DNA of 64,000 nucleotides from Bdellovibrionota bacterium (GTDB lineage: Bacteria; Bdellovibrionota; UBA1018; CAIPTA01; JAALKR01). Shown here piece after piece: positions 29,529-41,018 of the stretch (position 1 is its first letter; every line of letters starts with the position of its first letter). A program made the translations under genes and the position numbers. The stretch lies in NCBI GenBank assembly GCA_965207455.1, contig CBDBMJ010000001.1:1120001-1184000 (forward strand), read 5' to 3'. A model generated the notes under the pieces. That model made no database searches, had not been told where the DNA came from, and saw nothing but the letters and a program-made list of their open reading frames with translations.

Positions 29529-30956
29529 TTATTCCCCCGATCCACTGCTGCTTCCTATTTCCTCGCTGCCTCTATGCCCAGGCCTCTTATAACTTTTAGA
29601 GGCATCTCCTCCTCTATCATAAATAATACTTAAATTATATTGAGCTTTTTTGTGTCCCTGCTTTGCTGCTTTTTGAAACCAATGAATCGCTTCTTTACGA
29701 CTCTCAGAAAGAATTCCTCCCTTTCCAAAATATATAAGAGCTAAAAAAAATTGAGCTTCTGCATTCCCCTGATTTGCTGCTTTTTCATACCAATGCATTG
29801 CTTTTTTTAAATCTTTAGAAACACCTTCTCCTTTATAGTACATATTGCCTAATTTATATTGAGCATATTGAACTCCTTGATCCGCTGCCTTCCGATACCA
29901 ACGAACTGCTTCCTTATAATCTTTCTTAGTGCCTTCTCCTCTATAATACATATCGCCTAAAATAAATTGAGCTTTTGCATGTCCCTGAGCTGCTGCTTTT
30001 CTATACCAATAAAATGCTTTCTTATAGTCTCGCTCAGTACCTCGTCCTTTCTTGTACATATTACCTAAAGCAAATTGAGCTTGTGTATTCTCCTGATCTG
30101 CTGCTTTTTTATACAAATCAAATGCTTTCTTATAATCTTGCTCAGTACCTTCTCCTCTATAATACATACCACCTAAAATAAAGTGAGCTTTTGCATGTCC
30201 CCGAGCTGCTGCTTTTCTATACCAATAAAATGCTTTCTTATAGTCTCGCTCAGTACCTCGTCCTTTCTTGTACATATTACCTAAAGCAAATTGAACTTTT
30301 GTATTCTCCTGATCTGCTGCTTTTTTATACCAATATAATGCTTTCTTATAATCTTGCTCAGTACCTTCTCCTCTATAATACATATCGCCTAAAATAAATT
30401 GAGCTTTTGCATGTCCCTGAGCTGCTGCTTTTCTATACCAATAAAATGCTTTCTTATAATCTTGCTCAGTACCTTCTCCTCTATAATACATACCACCTAA
30501 AGCAATTTTAGCTCTTGGAAATCCCCACTTTGCTGCTTTTTTATACAAATCAAATGCTTTCTTATAATCTTGCTCAGTACCTTCTCCTCTATAATACATA
30601 CCACCTAAAGCAGTTTGCCCCATCTCTGCTGATTTTCTATACCGATATAATGCTTGCTTATAGTCTTGTTTAACACCTTCTCCATAATGGTACATTCCAC
30701 CCAAAATAAATTGAGAATGCATATCTGCATTATCTGCTGCTTTTTTATACCAATATAATGCTTGCTTATAGTCTTGTTTAATACCTTCTCCATAATGGTA
30801 CGCATTAGCTAATCTATACTGAGAAGTACTATTTCCTTTATATGCCTCATCCTTATATCTAGCTACATTGCTTGCAGTATTACTGTAACCCGTATTGGAT
30901 ACAGTGCTAAAAACAAGTAACGTAACTAAATAAAAATTAATTCTATTTTTTTTCAT
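29529..30956 (-). CDS. Secreted SEL1-like repeat protein, identical paralog
   Basis: Same 475 aa sequence as 27618-29045. Confidence 0.95.
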   Translation of the reverse strand: MKKNRINFYLVTLLVFSTVSNTGYSNTASNVARYKDEAYKGNSTSQYRLANAYHYGEGIKQDYKQALYWYKKAADNADMHSQFILGGMYHYGEGVKQDYKQALYRYRKSAEMGQTALGGMYYRGEGTEQDYKKAFDLYKKAAKWGFPRAKIALGGMYYRGEGTEQDYKKAFYWYRKAAAQGHAKAQFILGDMYYRGEGTEQDYKKALYWYKKAADQENTKVQFALGNMYKKGRGTERDYKKAFYWYRKAAARGHAKAHFILGGMYYRGEGTEQDYKKAFDLYKKAADQENTQAQFALGNMYKKGRGTERDYKKAFYWYRKAAAQGHAKAQFILGDMYYRGEGTKKDYKEAVRWYRKAADQGVQYAQYKLGNMYYKGEGVSKDLKKAMHWYEKAANQGNAEAQFFLALIYFGKGGILSESRKEAIHWFQKAAKQGHKKAQYNLSIIYDRGGDASKSYKRPGHRGSEEIGSSSGSGE

Positions 30957-31359
30957 CTTTGATTATCCTCCTAAAATTTAAACGCTCTTATATATGTATC
31001 GACAAAAATACTGTATTCTTTAGGCATCTTGTGAAAAAGAGAGAATTTTCGTCACAGAAACAATAAATACAAGAAATAGTTTTAAAAAACTCTTTGTTTG
31101 AGCTCCAGTACCGTGTATGAAAAATAATCATGCATTTTGATCAAAAGTAATTTAACTTTTTAGAATGTTTCCTGACCCAAGAAAAAAGTATACCCATTGA
31201 GATTCTCCGCAAATGATTCAAAGGCTACATGATGAACATTTATTAGTTACAACACCGTATATGTTAAATTCAGCAGAACTAATAACTAGATTAGGATATT
31301 CAGCCAACAAAATGCTTTGCTTTTCTCGAAAAATTATATAGGGTAAATTCATCTCAAAA

Positions 31360-31629
31360 ATGAAGAATAAAATGATCATCAGACTACCCAAAGAACAAGC
31401 CATATTCCTCTATCAAATCTTAGAGTCCCACGATAATTTGGTGAATTACTCCACCCAAACCACAGACTCCACACTGGGCTACCGAGATATTGCCATCTAT
31501 ATCCCCTTAGGGCTGGAAGAGGAATTTGCCAACGTCCTCAAAAGCCTATCCGAACTGGACATAAAAATCATAGATCTACCACAGGCAGAACCCCCACAGA
31601 CGGAGTCCCCCGATAAGATCAAAACCTAG
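31360..31629 (+). CDS. Small protein, DUF4911-like
   Basis: 'KEQAIFLYQILESHDNLVNYST' pattern. Confidence 0.55.
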   Translation: MKNKMIIRLPKEQAIFLYQILESHDNLVNYSTQTTDSTLGYRDIAIYIPLGLEEEFANVLKSLSELDIKIIDLPQAEPPQTESPDKIKT

Positions 31630-33326
31630 GGAACGGAAATCCGCCCCTCACGATCGGTACGAAAGATACTTATTTTCTCCCTCTCCAATCGCTGTAACAA
31701 AACCTTGTGAGGGTGCCCATAACGCCCCCACTTTCCCACACTAATGTACGCAAACCGAGGGTCCACCCATTGCAGAAACTCCAATGAACTACTATATTTA
31801 CTCCCGTGATGGGCTACTTTTAAATGCGTACTCTTTAAAAAATTAGGAAACTGCTCCATATATTTTCTCTCTAAAACTGTGGTACTGTCCCCTGTCAGCA
31901 ATAAAGATTTCCCCTCACCCATATAAAATTTGCAATAAGTGGAACTATTATTTGCCTTCGGCATTGTATCCATAATAAGGGGAATACAGTGCAAAGAAGG
32001 ATGAAGCCTATTGATCCTATTATTTTTAAAAAAACGAATGGGCACTTGCACCCGTTCTGCCTCCTCCAACACAGAAAGGATTTTTAAATACACTAGGTGC
32101 TGCTCCTGCAACCAAAGATCTCCCTCTATTTTGTGTCGAAGAAATAAACTAGCTAACCCTCCCACATGATCCAAGTCCGGGTGAGTAAGTACAACAGAAC
32201 TTAATGTTGCCACAGAAAGACCTGCCAACTCTTGGCTCACAAGCGCAGGATAGGGACCATACCCAGGTGGACCCACATCTATTAATATGGGAAGACTCCC
32301 CTTGGTCTGAATAAGGATAGCGTCGCCCTGATCCACATCTAAAATATAAGCCCGATTACTCTCATCTTTGAAAACACGAAAAACAATAAATGCACAAATC
32401 AGAAAAGCAAATAAAGGTTTCTTTTTCTCCCTCCAGTACAGAAAAAAGCCAAACAAGAGAAGAAAGGCTATTAACCAAAACGTAGGGTTTACCCAAATTG
32501 CAATAAACGGGATCGTTTGAATCCACTGGAGAGCTGTAATGAGAAAAGCAACACTGGTGTTTGCTATAGTGTCGAAAAAATGTCCCAATGTTTCTAAGGA
32601 CAATTGCATACAAAATGCATGCAATAAACCAGGAACAAGTATTAAAATTGCTGGAATTCCCATAAAAATATTCAATACAGGGCTAATGAGACTCACTTGA
32701 TGAAAATTCCAAATCACTAACGGAAGGGTGAACAACCAAGGAGCCAGCACTAACACTAGGAAATAAATCCATTCTTTTTTTAACCAACCCTCGGACCGCT
32801 CCCGAAGGATAATATGCGCAAAACAAAAAGAACTAACAGCAAAAAAAGATAAACTAAAGGAAAGAAGGCTCCCCTCTCCAAAAAACCAAGAACACGAAAA
32901 CGTAAACAGCAAAAAAAATAGCCAGTTTGGGGAATAACCCAAAGCACGGGTAATACTCCAAAATAATATGGCCACATAGGCCCGGGTAAGGGGCTTTGTC
33001 CAGCCCGCTAAATAGACATAATTGGTGAGCAACGGAAAGAGGAAAAAAGCCTCCACTTGGTATAAAGAAAAGGAAAAGCGAAATTTGGGTGCATATGTGA
33101 GGAACAGGCAATACAGGGGATAGATAGACACCCTTCCTAGCTGAGCCACCAAAAGCATGTGTAACCCTGAGGCACAAAGAATATGGGCAAGTCCCAAGTT
33201 GGAAAATAGGAAAAAATACTCCCCACAAAGGTTTTCCGTTTGACCAAGAAGCATCGCTTGGACTACCCCCTCTGTGGAACAATGAACTGCGCTCATGGGC
33301 AAAGAGAAACGCAATAAACGAGCCAT
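31626..33326 (-). CDS. comEC: ComEC/Rec2 DNA uptake channel with MBL domain
   Basis: HILCASGLH, DVDQGDA, THPDLDHVGG, KVAHHGS, YGHPH. Confidence 0.92.
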   Translation of the reverse strand: MARLLRFSLPMSAVHCSTEGVVQAMLLGQTENLCGEYFFLFSNLGLAHILCASGLHMLLVAQLGRVSIYPLYCLFLTYAPKFRFSFSLYQVEAFFLFPLLTNYVYLAGWTKPLTRAYVAILFWSITRALGYSPNWLFFLLFTFSCSWFFGEGSLLSFSLSFFAVSSFCFAHIILRERSEGWLKKEWIYFLVLVLAPWLFTLPLVIWNFHQVSLISPVLNIFMGIPAILILVPGLLHAFCMQLSLETLGHFFDTIANTSVAFLITALQWIQTIPFIAIWVNPTFWLIAFLLLFGFFLYWREKKKPLFAFLICAFIVFRVFKDESNRAYILDVDQGDAILIQTKGSLPILIDVGPPGYGPYPALVSQELAGLSVATLSSVVLTHPDLDHVGGLASLFLRHKIEGDLWLQEQHLVYLKILSVLEEAERVQVPIRFFKNNRINRLHPSLHCIPLIMDTMPKANNSSTYCKFYMGEGKSLLLTGDSTTVLERKYMEQFPNFLKSTHLKVAHHGSKYSSSLEFLQWVDPRFAYISVGKWGRYGHPHKVLLQRLEREKISIFRTDREGRISVP

Positions 33327-33425
33327 CTGTCCAAAATTAAGAGTGCGATAGGGAGCGAGAATTATTTCATAGGTGTCCGATTTTCAAATAGAAAGGGACT
33401 CAAATACGAACTATACTCTGAGGAT

Positions 33426-33896
33426 ATGTCCTTTTTCACCACAGAGGTCCTGCTTCTTATCAATGGCGTATTTGTCGCTATTTTAGCCTACCAAGGCTTC
33501 CGCTTCCTCAAATCCCGGAAGCAAACGAAATTTAAAGGCGACCTGTGGGAGCAGGAGAAAACAGACCCCCGTATTATGAGCCACGAGGAACTGGAAATTA
33601 CCATAGACAATATCGCCATAGGCGAGCACTCCCCCCGTCGCAAAGAAAAGCCCTCCTCTCCACCCAAACCAAAGAGAAAGCACCCTAATTTCTCTGGTCT
33701 TCCTCATCAAATTTTGGCACTCCCAGCCGACCCCACAAAACAGGAGGTTATTGGGGCCCATAAGTACTGGATACGCCAATACCATCCAGATAGGGTGCAG
33801 CATCTGGGCCCTGGCTATGTGAAACAAGCCACACAACGCTCCGTTCAGCTCAATAATGCAAAGAATATCTTGCTCAAAGGAAAATTGACCCCTTGA
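33426..33896 (+). CDS. Membrane-anchored J-domain protein
   Basis: N-terminal TM; C-terminal J-domain with YHPD. Confidence 0.8.
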   Translation: MSFFTTEVLLLINGVFVAILAYQGFRFLKSRKQTKFKGDLWEQEKTDPRIMSHEELEITIDNIAIGEHSPRRKEKPSSPPKPKRKHPNFSGLPHQILALPADPTKQEVIGAHKYWIRQYHPDRVQHLGPGYVKQATQRSVQLNNAKNILLKGKLTP

Positions 33897-34065
33897 CAAA
33901 GCTCTAATCGGGTATATCTTTTGTTTGCGGGAGAATCTCTATATTGATTAATTGTGTCAAATATAGCTTTTCCTGTGGCTGTTTTCATGGTAATGAGAGC
34001 TGTCTACATAAACCATTATGGTGGCAATTTTGCTGCTGTAATCATTTGATAAGGAGTTATACATT

Positions 34066-34353
34066 ATGCAAGTAACACCATTATACGATCGTCTCCTAGT
34101 GAGGCGTTTTGATGAAGAAGAGCGGACAAAAGGGGGAATCATTGTTCCCGATTCCGCAAAAGAAAAACCAGCCCAAGGCGAAGTTGTGTCTTGTGGTCAA
34201 GGACGTATGAGCGATGAAGGGAAGCTAACCCCCCTAACCGTTAAAAAGGGAGACAAAGTTCTCTTCGGGAAATACTCAGGTACAGAAGTAAAACTAGAGG
34301 GCAACGAGTACTTAATCATGCGAGAAGATGATGTACTTGGTGTCGTTCACTAA
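34066..34353 (+). CDS. groES: Co-chaperonin GroES
   Basis: [26 protein letters not shown]. Confidence 0.98.
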   Translation: MQVTPLYDRLLVRRFDEEERTKGGIIVPDSAKEKPAQGEVVSCGQGRMSDEGKLTPLTVKKGDKVLFGKYSGTEVKLEGNEYLIMREDDVLGVVH

Positions 34354-36033
<1,680 letters not shown>

Positions 36034-36065
36034 GTCTGCTACCAAGCAAATAAACCAATCAAACA

Positions 36066-36102
36066 AAAAGGCTCTCCACACATACAGGAGGGCCTTTTTT
36101 TT
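36066..36102 (+). terminator. Intrinsic (probably bidirectional) terminator after groEL
   Basis: AAAAAGGCTCTCC..GGAGGGCCTTTTTTTT. Confidence 0.85.
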
Positions 36103-36613
36103 ATTCTTTTTCCAAAATTTTATCGGCTGCCTGTTCCAGTGTTTGATTGGTTTTATCTACAGAGATAAAAACCTTGCTGCCTTCCCAGTTTACTTCCTGC
36201 CAACCTGCTGACATGGAATCTATGGCAATGAGAAGAGCTTCTGTGCCCTTTTTATCCGGTTGATCTTCATAGCATTGGCTAATCCAACTGGAAGACAAAT
36301 CCACCATGGTGGTTAAGCAATTTGTGAGTTTTTCTGGTTTTTCTCGAACCGAATCATCTAAATCTTTGGAAAAATAGGCACTTGCGGATCGCAGCCTTCC
36401 GGACTCCATAAGGGAAATGCCAAACAGTACTTCATCCGGATAAATAGCACCGTAGAGGGAAAAGCTAGCCCGTTGCCGTGATTCCTGAAACTGAGTGTTA
36501 AATAAGTTACCCACCTTTTGAATAAACTCTTTTGGCAGGGATTGGCCCTTCCCACTCTGTTTTTTTCGTGGACTAAAGGTGGATGGTAGGGTTGAGTTAT
36601 GTAGGTTTATCAC
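36101..36613 (-). CDS. Hypothetical protein
   Basis: Long ORF filling the gap; GTG at 36613 preceded by AGGAAGGAGG; start uncertain. Confidence 0.6.
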   Translation of the reverse strand: MINLHNSTLPSTFSPRKKQSGKGQSLPKEFIQKVGNLFNTQFQESRQRASFSLYGAIYPDEVLFGISLMESGRLRSASAYFSKDLDDSVREKPEKLTNCLTTMVDLSSSWISQCYEDQPDKKGTEALLIAIDSMSAGWQEVNWEGSKVFISVDKTNQTLEQAADKILEKE

Positions 36614-36640
36614 TGCCTCCTTCCTTGCTATACTATAAGT

Positions 36641-37018
36641 ATGTTGAAAAAACGTCAACTCTCCCGCGTTGCTTTCCAGGACTGCCCTTGGTTCTTCTCC
36701 CTAATGTATGAGGAGGATAGCCCCAGTCCCGTGCAAGTGGAGGCTGTGAATATCAGTTTAGGAGGCATTAAGTTCTTCTCCAATACCCCCATACCCATCT
36801 TTACTCTACTCACCATTCGACTCATCCACAAGGAAGGGGACAAACCAACCATTACCATTAAAGGAAAAGTGGTACGCACAGAAATGATCGATGTGGGCTT
36901 GCCGGAAAAAAGCTATGGCATTGCTGTGAAATTTTCAGAAGAAGATAGCTCTGCCTATAGGGAGCTTATGGATTCTTTGCCCCAATCTTCGGACACATCA
37001 GAAAACTCCAGACTATAA
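36641..37018 (+). CDS. PilZ-domain protein
   Basis: RQLSR and NISLGG motifs, GKVVR..GIAVKF. Confidence 0.85.
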   Translation: MLKKRQLSRVAFQDCPWFFSLMYEEDSPSPVQVEAVNISLGGIKFFSNTPIPIFTLLTIRLIHKEGDKPTITIKGKVVRTEMIDVGLPEKSYGIAVKFSEEDSSAYRELMDSLPQSSDTSENSRL

Positions 37019-38605
37019 GGACTCCATGGACTTACGGTATCCGACTGTCTCCCAAAGGTGATCCTCCCGTACCCTCTCCTCTTGATCCAAGTCCGCAATG
37101 GTTCGTGCCACGCAGGCCATACGGGAAACAGCACGAGCAGAGTGTTCATTGGATTGGGATAATTTTTTGAGTTGTGCCCAAGCGCTTTTGGACCAAGCCC
37201 CTGCCTTCCAAATTTCTTTTTCTCCCAGGTGGGCATTGGGTTTTCCCTGGCGATCGAGCATCCGTGTTCGAGCTGCCTGCACTTTTTTTCCCATGAGTTC
37301 GCTATTTCCCATGAGTTCGCTATTTTCCATGAGTTCGCTATTTTCCATGCCGTCGCAAGAACTGGGAACTGTGTTCAGCGGCTCCTTCTGAATGCCCAGC
37401 CTCAGATCGATACGATCTAGAAACGCATGGGAAATCCGCTTTTGGTAGGAACGAATAGCATGGTTGGAGCAGGTGCACTTATTATTTTCCTCCCCCCACA
37501 GACCGCAGGGACATAAGTTGCTTGTGCCCATAAAGTATATGGACGCTGGTAGTGTGTGGTGAACTTGGACTCGTGCCAAATGTATCTCCTGACTTTCTAA
37601 GGGTATCCGTAAGAAATCCAACGCCTTGGAAGGAAATTCCAATAACTCTTCCAATAGCAAAACCCCATGATGGGCTAAGCTCACTTCTCCAGGAAGGGCT
37701 CTTGCACCTCCCCCCAGTAGAGCAGGTGCCGTAACAGTGTGGTGTGGATTTCTTAAGGGGTGACTCCCATTCCAATTCAATCCAAGCACATTATAGATGG
37801 GAAAAATCTCTTCCTTTTCTTTCTCAGTTAGTGCTGGAAGTATTCCCAAGTAGGCTTGGGCAAGTAGAGATTTCCCGCTACCACGAGGGCCGTGCAGTAA
37901 GCAATGGTGTTTGCCTGCGGCTGCAATGGTGAGCATTCGTTTGGCCATTTCCTGACCCCGAATAATAGAAAAATCGGCTCTGCTTTCGTTGGTATCGCTA
38001 TTTTCCTTGGTTTGTCTCTGTTTTGGTGATTGCAGTTTTACTTCTTGAAGTCTTGCTTCTCGAAGTCTTGCTTCTCGAACAAATGGAGTTTTTTTCTTCA
38101 AAGCACGAACCACCTCTTTTAAGGTGAAAAACCCTCCTCCTTGGTGATTGGGGAAATTTTCAAGGATAGAGCTGTTCTCAAAGGGAAGAACAGCAACTTT
38201 CCACTGTTTAGAGCGCAGTAAGGATGGAACCACATAAGCATTGGGGATGGCTTTGAGTTTTCCTTCTAAGGTAAGTTCACCTAAAAAACCAATACCTTCT
38301 ACTTCTTTTTCTGTTAAGACTCCTTTGGCCACAAGGCAAGCAATGGCAATGGGCAGATCAAAGCTACTTCCTTCTTTGGGAAGCCAAGCGGGTATCAAAT
38401 TCACGATAATTTTTCGTGATAGTATGGGAAATCCTGAATTTGCTAAAGCCACGCGCACTCGTTCACGGGCTTCTCGCACACTTGTTCTTGGAAGTCCCAC
38501 AATATGAAATGTGGGTAGGTGTAGGCTTTGTTGGCATTCCACTTCCACAGGAACCGCCGTAAGACCGACTGTGGCCACAGATTGTATTCGAGCGTATGTT
38601 TGCAT
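37013..38605 (-). CDS. comM: ComM/YifB Mg-chelatase-like AAA+ ATPase
   Basis: IVGLP..EARERV, KEGSSFDLPIA, GPRGSGKS, PHHT, GEVSLAHHGVL, CPCG; ATG 38605 after GGAGG. Confidence 0.93.
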   Translation of the reverse strand: MQTYARIQSVATVGLTAVPVEVECQQSLHLPTFHIVGLPRTSVREARERVRVALANSGFPILSRKIIVNLIPAWLPKEGSSFDLPIAIACLVAKGVLTEKEVEGIGFLGELTLEGKLKAIPNAYVVPSLLRSKQWKVAVLPFENSSILENFPNHQGGGFFTLKEVVRALKKKTPFVREARLREARLQEVKLQSPKQRQTKENSDTNESRADFSIIRGQEMAKRMLTIAAAGKHHCLLHGPRGSGKSLLAQAYLGILPALTEKEKEEIFPIYNVLGLNWNGSHPLRNPHHTVTAPALLGGGARALPGEVSLAHHGVLLLEELLEFPSKALDFLRIPLESQEIHLARVQVHHTLPASIYFMGTSNLCPCGLWGEENNKCTCSNHAIRSYQKRISHAFLDRIDLRLGIQKEPLNTVPSSCDGMENSELMENSELMGNSELMGKKVQAARTRMLDRQGKPNAHLGEKEIWKAGAWSKSAWAQLKKLSQSNEHSARAVSRMACVARTIADLDQEERVREDHLWETVGYRKSMESL

Positions 38606-39142
38606 TTGTCTCCTCCCTCCCAAAAGTATAAAATAAGAGTACAAAAACGGATTCCTGTACACACACACCCTCATGGCCAACTTCTCATCAGCTAAGTTTT
38701 GCCACAAATTTTGCCAATATATATAAATATGAAGATATGCAGGATTCATACCAAAACAAAAGAATGGATAGTGCTTATCACGCTAAATGAAAAAAGAACG
38801 ATGTCTGATTTTCGGAAATCTCAAGAAATAGTGATTTTTTTTGTAATAAAGGAATAAAAGGGCTGTTTTTATGTATTTTTGCTCTTCCCATGCGCAGTTA
38901 TTTCTTATTTTTTTGCACTTTTCATTCATTTATTAAGAAATTTAGAACAAATTTATAAAAAAAACTTCCAATAACTACGGAAAAACCGAATATTTTATAT
39001 AAAAATTGATTTTTTTATTTGCACACTCCAATACTTTGCTTATACTTAAAGTGAACACGAAATACACAAAGTTCCAAATAAAGTTACAGTAATTGAAGCG
39101 AATGTAGAAAAAGGAACTTATTTGAACATAAGGAGATGAAAA

Positions 39143-39460
39143 ATGGCAGCAAGAAAAAAAACTAGAAAGAAAGCGGCAAAAAAGAAAACGAGAAGAAAAG
39201 CTACTAGAAAGACAGCCGCTAAGAAAAAAACTACTAGAAAGAAGGCTACTCGAAAGAAGGCCGCTAAAAAGAAGGCTACTAGAAAGAAGGCCACCAGAAA
39301 GAAAGCTACAAGAAAGAAAGCTACTAGAAAAAAGGTCACCAGAAAGAAGGCTACTAGAAAAAAAGCAGCCAAAAAGACAACTCGTAAACGCAGAAAGAAA
39401 AAGGCCGCTACAGCAGCAGTGCCTCGTAAGCGTAGAAGAAGAAGAAAGAAGAAAGCATAA
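39143..39460 (+). CDS. Histone H1-like highly basic protein (KKATR repeats)
   Basis: SD AAGGAG, upstream TTGCAC-16-TATACT, own terminator, synonymous variation between repeat codons. Confidence 0.85.
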   Translation: MAARKKTRKKAAKKKTRRKATRKTAAKKKTTRKKATRKKAAKKKATRKKATRKKATRKKATRKKVTRKKATRKKAAKKTTRKRRKKKAATAAVPRKRRRRRKKKA

Positions 39461-39488
39461 GCCAATAAGCATTGGCTTTTTCTTTTTT
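39459..39488 (+). terminator. Intrinsic terminator after the H1-like gene
   Basis: AAGCCAAT-AAGC-ATTGGCTT followed by a T tract. Confidence 0.75.
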
Positions 39489-39526
39489 AGACCTCAAAAT
39501 CCACCGCCAGTACACGTTGCTTTTGT

Positions 39527-39904
39527 TCAATGCGAGGATTTTGGGTTTTTATTTTTTCCCCTATAAGCCCAAGCATTCAATGCTTTCCAAGCAGTGGGAT
39601 CCCTTAATTTCCTGCAATCCTTGTTACACTCCACCGACAAGCGCTCAAACAACTTATGAGCCCTCTTCTGAGATCCCACCAATCGCTCCAAGCTAATCAG
39701 AGCAAATAGAGCTTTTGCTCGCTCCATCCTTGCTGCTTTCTTTGTGGGAATGGCTCCAAACACAATTTTTTCCAATAAGGCTCTTGTGCGCAGGTAATTT
39801 TTGCTAGCAATGGCTGTATCCACAGGAGTTTCACTCAGAGCGTTCTGAGAAAAGAAAAGAAAAATAATGGAGAGATAAAATGGAAACAAACAGCCTAATC
39901 CCAC
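39527..39904 (-). CDS. Small exported hypothetical protein
   Basis: Signal-like segment from GTG 39904; downstream of sppA. Confidence 0.5.
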   Translation of the reverse strand: MGLGCLFPFYLSIIFLFFSQNALSETPVDTAIASKNYLRTRALLEKIVFGAIPTKKAARMERAKALFALISLERLVGSQKRAHKLFERLSVECNKDCRKLRDPTAWKALNAWAYRGKNKNPKSSH

Positions 39905-39932
39905 ATCTGAACCTGCCACCTGATCCCAATCA

Positions 39933-40883
39933 TTAGTCGGAGTAACCGGGCAATAAATAGAGCAAAGCCGGGAAGTGGGAATATACTTGGAGGCGAGAGA
40001 AATCAAGCCCTCCCATCACAGCGCTAAGTTTTTTTACCAATTCGTCTCCTTGACTTGAAAGACCTAGATTAGCAAACAATCCCCTTCTCTTTTTCTTAGG
40101 ATAGATAAGGTTCACTTCTCCCTCTATCTTTGCCAGTTTTTTCATTTCTTCCACAGCCACCTCCATTCCACCCAATCCATCGATTAGTTTATTACTTAGG
40201 GCTTGGGCACCAGAATACACTCTGCCATCTGCCAATTTTTTGACCTTGTTAAGGGACATATTTCTACCTTTTGCCACCACACCCACAAACTGTAAGTGCA
40301 ACTCATTGATTAGCGTCTGTACTAAGGCGCGCTCCTCAGGAGTCATGGGACGACTTGGACTCCCAATAGCTTTAAATTTTCCACTCTTTATCGTATAGGG
40401 ATCCATCTTTGCCCATTGGTATAAATTCTTAAGATTCATATATTGGGAAATCACACCTATGGAGCCAGTAACAGTCCCAGGGTTGGCAATAATTTTTGTG
40501 GCAGAAGCAGAAATATAATAACCACCCGAGGCTGCCACTGTAGCAAAGCTAGCTACCACGGGCTTATCCTGTGCAACTTTTCTCACAAAATCATGGATCT
40601 CCTGACTCGGAGCAATGGCTCCTCCGGGCGAATTCACTCTTAGTATAATCCCCCGTATGGACTCGTCCTTGTGAAATTTCTTTAGTTGTTTGATTATTTT
40701 TTCCCCATCCAGAATTACTCCACTCACCTTCACCACTCCCACACGGGAACCCGACGATAAAGCAGAAAAAGTAGCCCCGTCTTTATCTATGACGAACAGG
40801 AGTACGAAATAGACAAAAAGTAGAAATACAAAAAAACAAAGAGCGGAAATGCCAAGCAATACAAGTAGTGGGTTTTTATTCAT
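39933..40883 (-). CDS. sppA: Signal peptide peptidase SppA (S49)
   Basis: RVNSPGG, AASGGYY, GSIGV, ADGRVY. Confidence 0.93.
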   Translation of the reverse strand: MNKNPLLVLLGISALCFFVFLLFVYFVLLFVIDKDGATFSALSSGSRVGVVKVSGVILDGEKIIKQLKKFHKDESIRGIILRVNSPGGAIAPSQEIHDFVRKVAQDKPVVASFATVAASGGYYISASATKIIANPGTVTGSIGVISQYMNLKNLYQWAKMDPYTIKSGKFKAIGSPSRPMTPEERALVQTLINELHLQFVGVVAKGRNMSLNKVKKLADGRVYSGAQALSNKLIDGLGGMEVAVEEMKKLAKIEGEVNLIYPKKKRRGLFANLGLSSQGDELVKKLSAVMGGLDFSRLQVYSHFPALLYLLPGYSD

Positions 40884-41018
40884 ACTATAGAGTTTATGCA
40901 AAAGTATTCTATACAGCAAGTAAATCCCGACAAGAAAAAAAAGACTTGGCGCGCCACCCCCCTTTCCCAGCTTTTAAATATTGCCTTTTCCCTTCGCTCT
41001 ATATAATGTTTCATAGTA

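Larger units (their letters stand above)
27135..30956. repeat. Near-perfect tandem duplication with a 1911 bp unit (27135-29045 and 29046-30956)
   Basis: Identical ORFs offset by 1911 bp; one synonymous difference noticed (29016 vs 30927). Confidence 0.95.

Noticed and set aside
38975..39472. Minus-strand ORFs of 165 and 115 aa rich in F/L/S
   Set aside because: Antisense shadows of the low-complexity H1-like gene, which has the SD, promoter and terminator
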